Assembly (NCBI RefSeq): GCF_000016745.1
Contig: NC_009483.1
Coordinates: 4,050,001-4,082,000 of the forward strand
DNA length: 32,000 nucleotides
Direction: 5' to 3'
Source of the DNA: Geotalea uraniireducens Rf4
Lineage (GTDB): Bacteria; Desulfobacterota; Desulfuromonadia; Geobacterales; Geobacteraceae
Numbering within the stretch: position 1 is the first letter of the stretch; each line of letters starts with the position of its first letter. Shown piece by piece: positions 1 through 8,339 of the stretch. The notes below the pieces were generated by a model. That model was not told the origin of the DNA. It did not search any database and was given only the letters and a program-made list of their open reading frames with translations. The position numbers and the translations under genes were made by a program.

Positions 1-464
1 ACCGTATATGCCCGCCCCGGGGTGATCGTCTGCGCCGGCCTTATGGTCTGCAATGCGCTCAAGTTCTCCTTGCCGTCAAAGACAAACGTCTGTTTAAGTA
101 CCCGCGGGTCTTTCTCGGCAAGCTCCAGCCAGGCGATCATCACCGGCACCTTCATCATGCTGGCCGGATTATACTCCACTTTCTCGTTGATCCCAAACCA
201 CGGCCCATCAGACAGGTCACGGTAATAAACCGACAGGTTCCGAACCCGGCCGTTGTCGATCTGCCACTGCACGAAATCCTTGATCTTGCGCTTGAAGGGG
301 ATAGGCTCCTGTCTGACTCCGTATCCTTCCGGGAGTTCTACATCGACCAGCGGACTGATGAAACGATACCCCGTAAGTCTGACCCGTCTATGGGCAGCAG
401 AATGAAAGTGACGGTGATACCAGCCGTGGGCGTGCCACCCGGCGCCCAGCAACAGAACCGACAT
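1..464 (-). CDS. Serine hydrolase, class A beta-lactamase-like (N-terminal part; gene runs off the left edge)
   Basis: Absent from the ORF track because it has no stop in the window. My minus-strand translation from ATG at 464 reads MSVLLLGAGWHAHGWY...YNPASMMKVPVMIAWLELAEKDPRVL... It has a hydrophobic N-terminus followed by an S-x-x-K (SMMK) motif, as in PF13354-type serine hydrolases. The start is uncertain: the SD before 464 is weak and there is an in-frame TTG at 512. Confidence 0.55.
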   Translation of the reverse strand, partial: MSVLLLGAGWHAHGWYHRHFHSAAHRRVRLTGYRFISPLVDVELPEGYGVRQEPIPFKRKIKDFVQWQIDNGRVRNLSVYYRDLSDGPWFGINEKVEYNPASMMKVPVMIAWLELAEKDPRVLKQTFVFDGKENLSALQTIRPAQTITPGRAYT

Positions 465-961
465 GGCCAGATATAAAGTGATATGTCGAATGTTAATTTT
501 CCCTCCCTGCAATCGCCAGCAAAACCCTGCCCACCATATATGTCCCCTTCGGATTGCCCTGTTCCTTTTTTGTTACACCGACTAAAATTTACTAGGAAGC
601 CTTCAGGCTTGTCAACTGCAAATCCGGGCAGGAACCCACGACATAAGGTATCCCGGAAACAGCAATGCCGGCCGATTTCCCTTGGAAATGGTCATTGTTG
701 TCTCCGCATTCCGAAAAATAGGGTCAACCTGTATGGTCACCCTTTCTAATAATTGTATACACTTTCTCATTTTTTATTAGGCAATTACCTTGAGTTATCC
801 ACTAAATTTCAGCATCTTGGGTGTCGTCCACTCATTTCGTATCGTTAGAAAAATTCACTTGCGCGAAAATAAGTATTGACACGTAATTACAAGTAGTTAG
901 ACAGCTGCCTTTCAAATAGTCAAAAAGCAGAAGTGCTTGAAGAAACGTTATATTTACAAAT

Positions 962-1005
962 TTTATCCACAGTTATGGCCTGTTTATCCACATGGTTTGT
1001 GGATA
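962..1005. promoter_or_regulatory. Core cluster of three DnaA boxes (TTATCCACA x2 direct, GTATCCACA inverted)
   Basis: Exact TTATCCACA at 962-970 and 983-991. TGTGGATAC at 997-1005 is the reverse complement of GTATCCACA. Further one-mismatch boxes are TTATCCACT at 795-803 and TCATCCACA at 1237-1245. All lie in an AT-rich intergenic stretch. Confidence 0.6.
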
Positions 1006-1203
1006 CACTTTAAACCTGACAATTATTCTAATAATTCATCTTACATTTGAGGCAGATGTCCCACAATTCCACCAACTGACCCAACCCATCCCTACTGGCT
1101 TTACCACAGGGGTACGTTAAACGCCCTGTTTAAAACAAAAAGAAAAAGCCCCTGAATTTCTCAAAGGCTTTTGTTCTTCTCCGGCCCTTGCAGGACCTTT
1201 AAT

Positions 1204-1230
1204 TGGAGGTGGCGGGAATCAATCCGCGTC
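1204..1230 (-). other. tRNA/tmRNA 3'-end-like fragment (T-arm plus acceptor strand), not a complete RNA gene
   Basis: The minus strand reads ...GCGGATTGATTCCCGCCACCTCCA. This resembles a T-arm/T-loop plus 3' acceptor strand plus discriminator. No matching 5' acceptor strand (GGAGGTG or GGGGGTG) occurs within 76-100 nt, and a tmRNA-length body would overlap the DUF2147 CDS. Confidence 0.25.
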
Positions 1231-1297
1231 CGAAAATCATCCACAGAAGGCGTCTGCATGCTTATAACAGTTTTGGGAGTCTATATTGATCAAGGTG

Positions 1298-1744
1298 CTA
1301 TCTGGTTAACGTGTAGGTACGACCAATGAAGGAAAAACCGATATACCCGCGCAAGTCAAGCCTGTCCGGAGCGACAAACCGCATCTTGCACTTGTAGGAT
1401 TTGCCACTTTCGGGGTCGTAACATACGCCTTTTTCCCACCTGTTGTCCCCGGCATAGATCAGCCGTTCGATTACCTGTAGTCCCAAAATGAGGCGTTTCT
1501 GCAGGGCCGGATCGGGATTTCTCCAATCGATTTTCACCTCCCCAACCGGGCCGTCTTCACTGCGGGTAAACCGGGGCTCCCTGAGCCAGCCGACCTTGCC
1601 GCAGATCTTCTCGCCACATCGGTACAACTCGATCCTCGACCGGTCACCAGCGGTTTTCCACAGCCCGAGCACATCATCGGGACCACTGGCAAATGCTGGT
1701 GCAGCCAGTAGAATCAATGTGACAACAATGAGCAGCTTATCCAT
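1298..1744 (-). CDS. DUF2147 domain-containing periplasmic protein
   Basis: 148-aa ORF with signal peptide MDKLLIVVTLILLAAPAFA. Contains GLWKT...SRIELYRCGEKICGKVGWL...NPDPALQKRLILGL, which matches the DUF2147 pattern. Confidence 0.8.
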   Translation of the reverse strand: MDKLLIVVTLILLAAPAFASGPDDVLGLWKTAGDRSRIELYRCGEKICGKVGWLREPRFTRSEDGPVGEVKIDWRNPDPALQKRLILGLQVIERLIYAGDNRWEKGVCYDPESGKSYKCKMRFVAPDRLDLRGYIGFSFIGRTYTLTR

Positions 1745-1768
1745 GTATCACACATTCTACCCCGGTGC

Positions 1769-2143
1769 TCATGCTTCGGGTCTCTGGTAATCCGGGTTCA
1801 TCTGCCAAAGCGCCAGCGTAGCCCCGGTCGGATCGGTGATCACGCTGAACCAGCCGATACCGGGTATCTCGGTGACCTCCTTGCAGATCGTCGCCCCCAG
1901 AGATTTGGCCTTTTCGGTGGCGGCGACCGCATCGGCCACCAGGACGTAGGCCAGCCAGAACGAAGGGGAATCGGGCATCGGGTTTTTCATCATGCCGCCT
2001 CCCGTCCCCTCACCCACCTTGATCAAGGTATAGTCCATCCCGGGGATGTCTTCCAGTTTCCAGTCAAACAACGCGGTATAGAATTTCCTGGCTTCAGCCA
2101 CGTCATTGGTCACCAACTCTACATGCACAAACGGATTTGCCAT
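1769..2143 (-). CDS. VOC family protein (glyoxalase/bleomycin-resistance fold)
   Basis: MANPFVHVELVTNDVAEARKFYTALFDWKLE...GWFSVITDPTGATLALWQ is typical of the VOC/glyoxalase family. I moved the start from the track's GTG (2152) to ATG 2143, which has an AAAGGGG SD about 8 nt upstream. Confidence 0.8.
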   Translation of the reverse strand: MANPFVHVELVTNDVAEARKFYTALFDWKLEDIPGMDYTLIKVGEGTGGGMMKNPMPDSPSFWLAYVLVADAVAATEKAKSLGATICKEVTEIPGIGWFSVITDPTGATLALWQMNPDYQRPEA

Positions 2144-2237
2144 CTCTCTCACCCCTTTCTCACGGTGCAGTCCCGGAATAACCCAATGGGTTAATTAGTT
2201 GCCATCCGGAAAACTCCGGATGAGAAACTATCGGAAA

Positions 2238-3179
2238 CTAATTATTGCGTTCCCGGCCTCGATCCTCCTCTTTCCTCTGCCTTTCCCCTTGGCCCCGATC
2301 GGGCTCCTGCGACCGCTCCCTCTCCTTCAGTCTTTGTTCCCGGCCTTGCGGCCTTGGCTCCTGCGACCTCTCCCTATCCCGCACTCTTTGTTCCCGGCCT
2401 TGCTGCCTAGGCTCCTGCTGCTCACGCTGTACACCCCCTGGCTGCTCCCTCCGTTCCCGGAATGCCGGTCCTCGCTGCTGCCGGGGCTCCGTCGGACGCT
2501 GGATCTCCTGCTGCCCCGGCCCTCTCATCCGAGGCTCTTCCTGCCTTCTCCGCTGAGCAGGTGCGGGCGCCCTTTGCTCTCCCCGCTGCTGAAAGTGCCG
2601 GCGGACTTCCTTATCGCGCGGCTGGTAACGATAATGCTGGCGGCGTAGCGTCTGCTGCTGCTCCACCCGGGGATACCGATCTCTCGAATACCGCCGCTGG
2701 TAGACAGGCAGCGGCGCGCGCGGCGGAGCAGAGCCGCGCTTCCACCTGTCCCATCCTCTTCGATGCTGCTCCCATTCACGGCCCCAGTGTTCACCCCAGC
2801 GGGGCGGCGCATTCGACCGCCACCCGCGAAAGTACACAGGAGGATGCCGGTAGTAGCGCACGGGGATACGCAGGATGAACAGCGGCAGGACCTCCGGCTC
2901 CACAAACCACCAGGGGCCGTTGTACCAGTAACTCGCGTACCACTCATCGTCCTGGTAAACCCAGTACATGCCGTCGTAAAAGAAATAGTTGGCAGCCACC
3001 CGTGGAGCGTAATAGACCGGGTAGCCCGGCACCGGCACGAGTTCCGGGAACAACGGCAGGTTGATCCCGATGCTCACGTTGGGGAGCCCGATACCGATGC
3101 TCACCTGGGCTGAGACAGACGTCACCGAGCAGCACAACAGCATCCACAGCACAATGACTCCGCAGCGTATTTTCCGCAT
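2238..3179 (-). CDS. Secreted protein: aromatic-rich N-terminal domain plus R/Q/E-rich repetitive C-terminal tail (unknown function)
   Basis: Internal ATG at 3179 is preceded by a GGAGGA SD. Signal peptide is MRKIRCGVIVLWMLLCCSVTSVSA. A Y/W-rich segment follows (YFFYDGMYWVYQDDEWYASYWYNGPWWF), then about 170 aa rich in R/Q/E/P. The 61 codons upstream in the track ORF have no SD or signal logic. Confidence 0.6.
   Translation of the reverse strand: MRKIRCGVIVLWMLLCCSVTSVSAQVSIGIGLPNVSIGINLPLFPELVPVPGYPVYYAPRVAANYFFYDGMYWVYQDDEWYASYWYNGPWWFVEPEVLPLFILRIPVRYYRHPPVYFRGWRSNAPPRWGEHWGREWEQHRRGWDRWKRGSAPPRAPLPVYQRRYSRDRYPRVEQQQTLRRQHYRYQPRDKEVRRHFQQRGEQRAPAPAQRRRQEEPRMRGPGQQEIQRPTEPRQQRGPAFRERREQPGGVQREQQEPRQQGREQRVRDRERSQEPRPQGREQRLKERERSQEPDRGQGERQRKEEDRGRERNN
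2302..2427. repeat. 54-bp tandem repeat (about 2.3 copies) inside the CDS, encoding 18-aa units REQR(V/L)(R/K)(D/E)RERSQEP(R/D)(P/R)(Q/G)(G/Q)
   Basis: GGCTCCTGCGACC... units start at 2302, 2356 and 2410 (the last is partial). The period of 54 bp was read directly from the sequence. Confidence 0.75.
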
Positions 3180-3426
3180 TTTGTTCCTCCATTTCGATAA
3201 GCACGGTCGTGGGCATTGCTTGTCAATTGGAAAGTGACAACGGCCCCAACTCTCGGTATAACCTGCGGTCGGGTGGTTACGTATCGTTTTGAGTTTATCC
3301 CATGCTGCTGACCTGTCAATCAGGGCAACCTGTGGGGCACCAATCCCCCTCTGAAACTGCATGCATCCCCCGGCGAATATTGCTATACTAAGACCTCAGC
3401 AATTTCTAACCGACAAGGAGCACCCC

Positions 3427-4086
3427 ATGAAAATGAACCTGGCCGAGGTGGAGATCAGGATACTCGGCTGCCTCATCGAAAAAGAACTGACCACCCCGGA
3501 GAACTACCCCTTGAGCCTCAACACCCTCACCAATGCCTGCAACCAGAAGTCGAACCGCGCCCCACTCATGGACCTGGCGGAGGCGGACGTGGTGCGCGGC
3601 CTCGACAAACTGGGGGCCCGGGGGCTGGCGCGGCTCACTACGACCGGCGGGCGGGTCGCCAAGTACCGTCATTCCCTCGACGACAGCCTGCACCTGGCTC
3701 CCCCTGCGCTGGCGGTACTCGCCGAGCTCATGCTGCGTGGCCCGCAGACGGCGGGCGAGTTGCGCAACCGGGCCGAGCGCATGACCCCGCTCGCCGACAT
3801 TGCCTCGGTGGAGGAGATCCTCGGGGCGCTGATGGAGTTCGGCCCGCCTCTGGTGACCCGCCTCCCCCGTCAGCCCGGCCGCAAGGAGCAACGCTACGCC
3901 CAGCTCTTTGCCGGCGAGCCGGACCTGCCGGACGACACGCCTGCCCCTCCCCCCGAACCGGCACGGCAGCGGGTCATGGCCGAGAACGAGCGGCTCGCCA
4001 GGCTCGATGGGGAAGTATCCGCGTTGCGCGCCGAGATCGCTTCCCTGCGCAGCACGATCGAGGAACTCCGGGTGCTGTTCGAGTAA
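3427..4086 (+). CDS. yceH: YceH family protein (DUF480/UPF0502)
   Basis: MKMNLAEVEIRILGCLIEKELTTPENYPLSLNTLTNACNQKSNRAPLM...LRGPQTAGELRNRAERM...RLPRQPGRKEQRYAQLF is collinear with E. coli YceH. AAGGAG SD lies upstream of ATG 3427. A C-terminal coiled-coil tail is present. Confidence 0.85.
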   Translation: MKMNLAEVEIRILGCLIEKELTTPENYPLSLNTLTNACNQKSNRAPLMDLAEADVVRGLDKLGARGLARLTTTGGRVAKYRHSLDDSLHLAPPALAVLAELMLRGPQTAGELRNRAERMTPLADIASVEEILGALMEFGPPLVTRLPRQPGRKEQRYAQLFAGEPDLPDDTPAPPPEPARQRVMAENERLARLDGEVSALRAEIASLRSTIEELRVLFE

Positions 4087-4227
4087 GCTCCCGGCCTGTC
4101 GGCCGATGATGTCCGCCTTTCACCCAGATGGAGAAGGAAGGGCTCATTGTCCGCAAACGGGGGGGAAACACTTTGTGGCGTGAGGCGATTTCGAGGACAT
4201 CCGCGTCAGGATGGGAAAGGAGTGACC

Positions 4228-4698
4228 ATGGCCTACTGGCTCTTCAAAAGCGAACCGGGCAGCTTCTCCATCGAGGACCTGCGCCACCGGCCCGGCATGA
4301 CCGAACACTGGGACGGGGTGCGCAACTACCAGGCTCGCAACTACCTGCGTGATGCCGTCAAGCCGGGGGACCTGGTGCTGTTCTATCACAGCAATATCCC
4401 TGAGCCGGCAGTGGTCGGGATTGCCGAGGTCGTCCGCGGAGGGTACCCGGACTACACCGCATTTAATCCCGGCAGTGAGCATTTCGACCCGAAATCATCC
4501 CCCGTCAGCCCGATCTGGTACATGGTGGACGTGCGCTACGTCGCCGCCATGCCCCGCCCGGTGCCGCTGGAGCAGATCAAGGGGAACCCGCTGTTGGCGG
4601 CCATGCCGCTGGTGAAGCGCAGCCGCCTCTCCATCCAGCCGGTGACCCCGGAAGAGTGGCGGACCATCCTTGCCATGGGGGGGATGACCGACTTGTGA
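4228..4698 (+). CDS. EVE domain-containing protein (PUA-like, THYN1/DUF55 family)
   Basis: MAYWLFKSEPGSFSIEDL...WDGVRNYQARNYLRDAVKPGDLVLFYHSN...VGIAEVV matches the EVE domain signature. AAAGGAG SD lies before ATG 4228. Confidence 0.85.
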   Translation: MAYWLFKSEPGSFSIEDLRHRPGMTEHWDGVRNYQARNYLRDAVKPGDLVLFYHSNIPEPAVVGIAEVVRGGYPDYTAFNPGSEHFDPKSSPVSPIWYMVDVRYVAAMPRPVPLEQIKGNPLLAAMPLVKRSRLSIQPVTPEEWRTILAMGGMTDL

Positions 4699-4766
4699 CG
4701 GATGAGACTAAGCCTTGGCAAAACTTGCGCAGAAGCGCGGGGTCTCAATAGGGGGACAATGTGCGG

Positions 4767-5237
4767 CTACGTGTTCCCGCCACCAAGCGTCAACCCTCGT
4801 ATGAAGTTGCGAAGTATTTGGTCGCCACAGGGCTTGTAATTTCTGTGCCCTTTTGCTCGAAACATCGCGGACAATTCGGATTTTGAGAGCTGGACGCCGG
4901 CCTTTCCGAAGATCGCGAGCATTGCCTCATCATTCAATTCCAGAGCTATTCTGAGTTTCCTCAGAATGAGATTATTGTGCAACGCCATGTCCGTCGTTAT
5001 AGCCGAACCGGGCTTCGGATCGTGCGCGCCTCGCCTGGAGATGATCAGGCCGTCCAGGAACGCGCCCATCACCGTGTCGTCGCAGGCCACAAAGCCGGGC
5101 TCTTCCTCTTTTTTCAGCAGTTTCAGCACGTCTATCGGTCTGATTTCATGCCCGCCCAACTTGCATAATTCGGCTATGGTTTCGCCATTCAGGTTCAGCG
5201 CGTAGCGGAGCCTGCGGAGCAGATCGTTATTGGTCAT
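4767..5237 (-). CDS. yehS: DUF1456 family protein (YehS-like)
   Basis: MTNNDLLRRLRYALNLN...EEEPGFVACDD..FLDGLI..RG....NNLILRKLRIALEL...CGDQILRNFIRGL shows the two DUF1456 repeats and is collinear with E. coli YehS. Confidence 0.8.
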   Translation of the reverse strand: MTNNDLLRRLRYALNLNGETIAELCKLGGHEIRPIDVLKLLKKEEEPGFVACDDTVMGAFLDGLIISRRGAHDPKPGSAITTDMALHNNLILRKLRIALELNDEAMLAIFGKAGVQLSKSELSAMFRAKGHRNYKPCGDQILRNFIRGLTLGGGNT

Positions 5238-5271
5238 GGTTTTTCCCTTCGTGAGTGTTTATTGTGGAAGG

Positions 5272-5440
5272 CTAGGAGCCAGTCGGACTTAGGGAATCGT
5301 AACGAGAGAATGGCAAATCGAGGACAGATTATCGGAAATTTGAGAGCGAATAGTGGACCTATTTGTCGAAAATTTCCGGGGATATGGACCGATTTTCCGT
5401 TCTCGCAGTAGATTCATTCCTAAGTCCGACAAGCTCCTAG
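5272..5440 (+). mobile_element. MITE-like 169-bp palindromic repeat element, copy 1
   Basis: Terminal inverted repeats CTAGGAGCCAGTCGGACTTAGG...CCTAAGTCCGACAAGCTCCTAG. The interior is also self-complementary (CGGAAATTT/AAATTTCCG, CGAGAGAATGG/CCGTTCTCG). It is the reverse complement of 20211-20379 with 7 mismatches by manual alignment. No coding capacity. Confidence 0.75.
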
Positions 5441-5463
5441 GAGACGCTTTTCTGCGTTCGCGG

Positions 5464-6093
5464 TTACAGTGATGGCATGGGTACGGCGTGTGCCAGAGCC
5501 ACGGCCAGCTCCTCCAGGGTGGCCACCGCCAGGTCGGCCAGCTCCGGCCAGCGGAAGGCGCCGCTGCGGTCCACATGGATGGTGGCAGTGCCGGCGGCGC
5601 GTCCCACCTGCAAGTCGAACAGGTAGTCCCCCACCATCACTGTCTCGTCCGGTGCGCTCCCCCAGGCGGCGAGGAGTTTCTCGATCCCCTCCGGATGGGG
5701 CTTGGGCGCGGCCTCTTCCCGGCCGAGGATGGCGTCGGAGGTAAAGTACCCTTTAAGACCGATCTGGCCGAGGGTGTGGAGGGCGATCTCCCGCGTGTTG
5801 CGGGTGAGGATGCCGACGCGGGCGTCGCGCCGGAGCAGCTGGTCGAGCAGCCGCCCGGCGCCGGGGGCGGCTGCGGTCTTGGCGGCCAGCTCATACTCGA
5901 TCTCGATCAACCGGGCGTGCCTGGCCGCGGCCTCGGCCGCAGGCAGAGAAGCGAGGAACTGGAGGATGTCGGCGTCGGACTCCGTCATGCCGAGCGCGCT
6001 GCGGATGGCGGCAAAATCATGCACCGGAAGGGTCAGCGTCCCATCCAGGTCGAATATCCAGCAGCGTCGGGCGAGGATGTGGTGAGCAGTCAT
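5464..6093 (-). CDS. HAD family hydrolase (phosphatase-like)
   Basis: MTAHHILARRCWIFDLDGTLT (motif I DxDGT), ...GILTRN (motif II), ...MVGDYLFDLQVGRAAG (motifs III/IV). The start is ambiguous between ATG 6093 and ATG 6120. The track's longer N-terminal extension looks non-coding. Confidence 0.75.
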   Translation of the reverse strand: MTAHHILARRCWIFDLDGTLTLPVHDFAAIRSALGMTESDADILQFLASLPAAEAAARHARLIEIEYELAAKTAAAPGAGRLLDQLLRRDARVGILTRNTREIALHTLGQIGLKGYFTSDAILGREEAAPKPHPEGIEKLLAAWGSAPDETVMVGDYLFDLQVGRAAGTATIHVDRSGAFRWPELADLAVATLEELAVALAHAVPMPSL

Positions 6094-6362
6094 GTTCGCA
6101 GGATACCTTTTTTCCGCCATTCCGGCAACGGCAGACTGCACTATAAAAGAGGACCGACTACTTTTCGCCATCATAGCGCCCATTACGCCCGCTACCACGG
6201 CTGTTTTTCCGGTCAATCCGCATTTGCGGACGGCTCGAAGCCGCGGCGGCTTAAAGAGTCCCAGTTTCGGCACTGGCTCGCCCCCCTCCCCCCTCAAGAA
6301 ATGCTCGGCTGATGCGGTACATGGGGTCTCCTTCTACTGCCCCGATATACGCCGGACCTGAC

Positions 6363-7271
6363 TCATTTGTGCTTGATGAACGTCCCCTTCTCGTACTCCT
6401 CGAAGGCAATCCGCAGCTCCTCCTGGGTGTTCATGACGATCGGCCCGTACCAGGCGACCGGCTCGCCGATCGGCTGGCCCGATACGAGGAGAAACCGGAC
6501 CGGCTGCTCCTGGGTGGTGATGGCCACCATGTCGCCGTCCCCGTAGAGGATGAGATTCTCCGCGCCGCAGGCGCAGTCCCGCTTCATGTCGAAATAGTTG
6601 GTCCCCACCACCTCGTGGGCATAGGCGTTCCGTTCCGGATCGAAATACCCCTCCCCGTCCACAACGTAGGCGAAGACCTTGTGCCCCCGCCTGACCGGGT
6701 GCGTGAAGGTCGTTTCCGGCGGCACCGTCACGTCCAGATACTCGGGATCGATGACCACGTCTTGCACCGGCCCCTTCACCCCGCCGATCTCGCCACAGAT
6801 GACCTTCACCCGGACGTCCCCCTTGAGGGTCGCCGTCGGGATCTCTGCGGCGACAAGGCCCCGATAACGGGGATCCATCATCTTATGGGAAGCAGGGAGG
6901 TTCGCCCAGAGCTGGAACCCCCACATGAGGCCGGCGTCGTCCCCCTTGGGCATCTCCTGGTGGATGATGCCGCTCCCCGCGGTCATCCACTGCACGTCCC
7001 CCGACTCGATGACCCCCTTGTTCCCCATGCTGTCGCCGTGCTCCACCCGACCGTGGAGGACATAGGTGATCGTCTCGATCCCCCGGTGCGGGTGCCAGGG
7101 GAACCCCTTCAAATAGTCCGGGGGATAGTTGGAATGAAAATCGTCGAGCAGCAGAAAAGGGTCGAACAGCGGCACCTGGTAATAGCCGAGGGCCCGTTTC
7201 AGGTGGACGCCGGCCCCCTCGATGGTCGGCTTGCTCTTCCAGACTTTGCTGATCTTGCGCACGGATGTCAT
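6363..7271 (-). CDS. Pirin family protein (bicupin)
   Basis: ...GFPWHPHRGIETITYVLHGRVEHGDSMGN...GDVQWMTAGSGIIHQEMP... is the canonical pirin N-terminal cupin motif. ATG 7271 is preceded by GGAGGA. The track start at 7283 is a TTG inside the SD. Confidence 0.85.
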   Translation of the reverse strand: MTSVRKISKVWKSKPTIEGAGVHLKRALGYYQVPLFDPFLLLDDFHSNYPPDYLKGFPWHPHRGIETITYVLHGRVEHGDSMGNKGVIESGDVQWMTAGSGIIHQEMPKGDDAGLMWGFQLWANLPASHKMMDPRYRGLVAAEIPTATLKGDVRVKVICGEIGGVKGPVQDVVIDPEYLDVTVPPETTFTHPVRRGHKVFAYVVDGEGYFDPERNAYAHEVVGTNYFDMKRDCACGAENLILYGDGDMVAITTQEQPVRFLLVSGQPIGEPVAWYGPIVMNTQEELRIAFEEYEKGTFIKHK

Positions 7272-7460
7272 ATCTTCCTCCAATCGCGGGGTGATTTTTC
7301 ACAGAAAACCGAAATCCACCACGAAAGCGTTCATATCTTCATCTCCCTAAGCCAGCAAAGCCGGAATCAAAACATATATTTCACGCAACGACGCGACGAC
7401 GCAACGTTTTAAAACTGCCGTAACGACTCAAGTCGTAAGTGACTAACGGGCGCCTCGGCG

Positions 7461-8282
7461 TCACTCCTTGAGGAACGCGAGCAGATCCGCGTTGACCCGG
7501 TCCTTATGGGTCGAGCAGAGGCCGTGGGGCGCACCCGGATAGATCTTCAGCGTGGCGCCCTTGACGAGCCTGGCCGAGAGCAGGGCCGAGGCGCCGATCG
7601 GCACGATCTGGTCGTCGTCACCGTGGATGATCAGGGTCGGCACGTCGAATTTCTCGAGATCTTTCGTGAAGTCCGTCTCGGAGAACGCCTTGATGCAGTC
7701 GATGACCCCTTTGAAACCGGCCTGCATCCCCTGGAGCCAGAACGAATCCCGCAGCCCCTGCGAAACATTGGCGCCCGGCCTGTTGGCGCCATAGAAAGGC
7801 ATGGTGAGATCCTTGAAGAACTGCGAGCGGTCTTTGATAACGCTGGCGCGGATCTGGTCGAACGCTTCCATCGGCAGGCCGCCTGGATTGGCGGCCGTCT
7901 TCAACATCAGCGGCGGCACCGCGCCGATCAGCACGGCCTTGGCCACCCGTTTCGTACCAAAGCGGCCGATATAGCGGGCGACTTCGCCGCCGCCCGTGGA
8001 GTGGCCGACATGGATCGCGTTCGTCAGGTCGAGCGTTTCGACGAGTGTCGCCAGGTCGGCGGCGTAGGTGTCCATGTCGTTGCCATTCCAGGGCTGGCTC
8101 GATCGGCCATGGCCGCGGCGGTCATGGGCAATGCAGCGGTAGCCTTGGGAGCCGAGAAACACCATCTGGTCTTCCCAGGCGTCCGCGGAGAGCGGCCAGC
8201 CATGGCTGAAGACTACGGGCTGTCCGCTCCCCCAGTCCTTGAAATATATCTGCATGCCGTCTTTGGTCGTGATCGTGGGCAT
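7461..8282 (-). CDS. Alpha/beta hydrolase, non-heme haloperoxidase/arylesterase-like
   Basis: [39 protein letters not shown]...[10 protein letters not shown]...[11 protein letters not shown]...APHGL. Collinear with the bacterial cofactor-free chloroperoxidase/esterase family, with the Ser-Asp-His triad context. Confidence 0.85.
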   Translation of the reverse strand: MPTITTKDGMQIYFKDWGSGQPVVFSHGWPLSADAWEDQMVFLGSQGYRCIAHDRRGHGRSSQPWNGNDMDTYAADLATLVETLDLTNAIHVGHSTGGGEVARYIGRFGTKRVAKAVLIGAVPPLMLKTAANPGGLPMEAFDQIRASVIKDRSQFFKDLTMPFYGANRPGANVSQGLRDSFWLQGMQAGFKGVIDCIKAFSETDFTKDLEKFDVPTLIIHGDDDQIVPIGASALLSARLVKGATLKIYPGAPHGLCSTHKDRVNADLLAFLKE

Positions 8283-8339
8283 AGGATTTTCTCCTTTCTT
8301 TGGTTGGAAGATAGAGAAGCGTTTGCCTGCCTGGCTATT

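Noticed and set aside
520-600. GEMM-I (c-di-GMP riboswitch)-like string ACAGGGCAAUCCGAAGGGGAC on the minus strand upstream of the serine hydrolase
   Set aside because: Only the first ~20 nt resemble the Vc2-type consensus. The P1 stem is too short, the loop is not GNRA, and the conserved GGGACGCAAAGCC...CCGGC second half is absent. I could not draw a consistent two-hairpin fold.
750-1250. Calling the DnaA-box region the chromosomal oriC
   Set aside because: There is no dnaA/dnaN/gidA/parAB context. I found no recognisable AT-rich 13-mer-type unwinding repeats, and I cannot evaluate GC skew from a 32-kb window. It is kept only as a finding to be tested.
1204-1290. A complete tRNA or tmRNA gene on the minus strand
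   Set aside because: The 5' acceptor strand complementary to CACCTCC is absent within tRNA distance. I could fold no D-arm or anticodon arm, and a tmRNA-sized gene would overlap the well-supported DUF2147 CDS.
3361-3426. Longer N-terminal extensions given by the ORF track for YceH (3361), the EVE protein (4147), the GGDEF protein (16885), the CzcD-like CDF (20177), the PhnB-like VOC protein (20926) and RND2 (26237)
   Set aside because: In each case an internal ATG with a canonical SD coincides with the conserved N-terminus of the family. The upstream extensions lack an SD and encode R/G/P-rich non-homologous sequence.
7290-7345. 11-codon upstream ORF (MNAFVVDFGFL) with an SD ahead of the pirin gene
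   Set aside because: It is very short, there is no attenuator-like alternative structure nearby, and I know of no leader-peptide regulation for pirin genes. It is probably fortuitous.
5488-7412. Plus-strand ORFs 5488..6312 (274 aa) and 6312..7412 (366 aa)
   Set aside because: They mirror the HAD hydrolase and pirin genes on the opposite strand. The minus-strand products carry the DxDGT and pirin HPHRG motifs, whereas the plus-strand translations are low-complexity.
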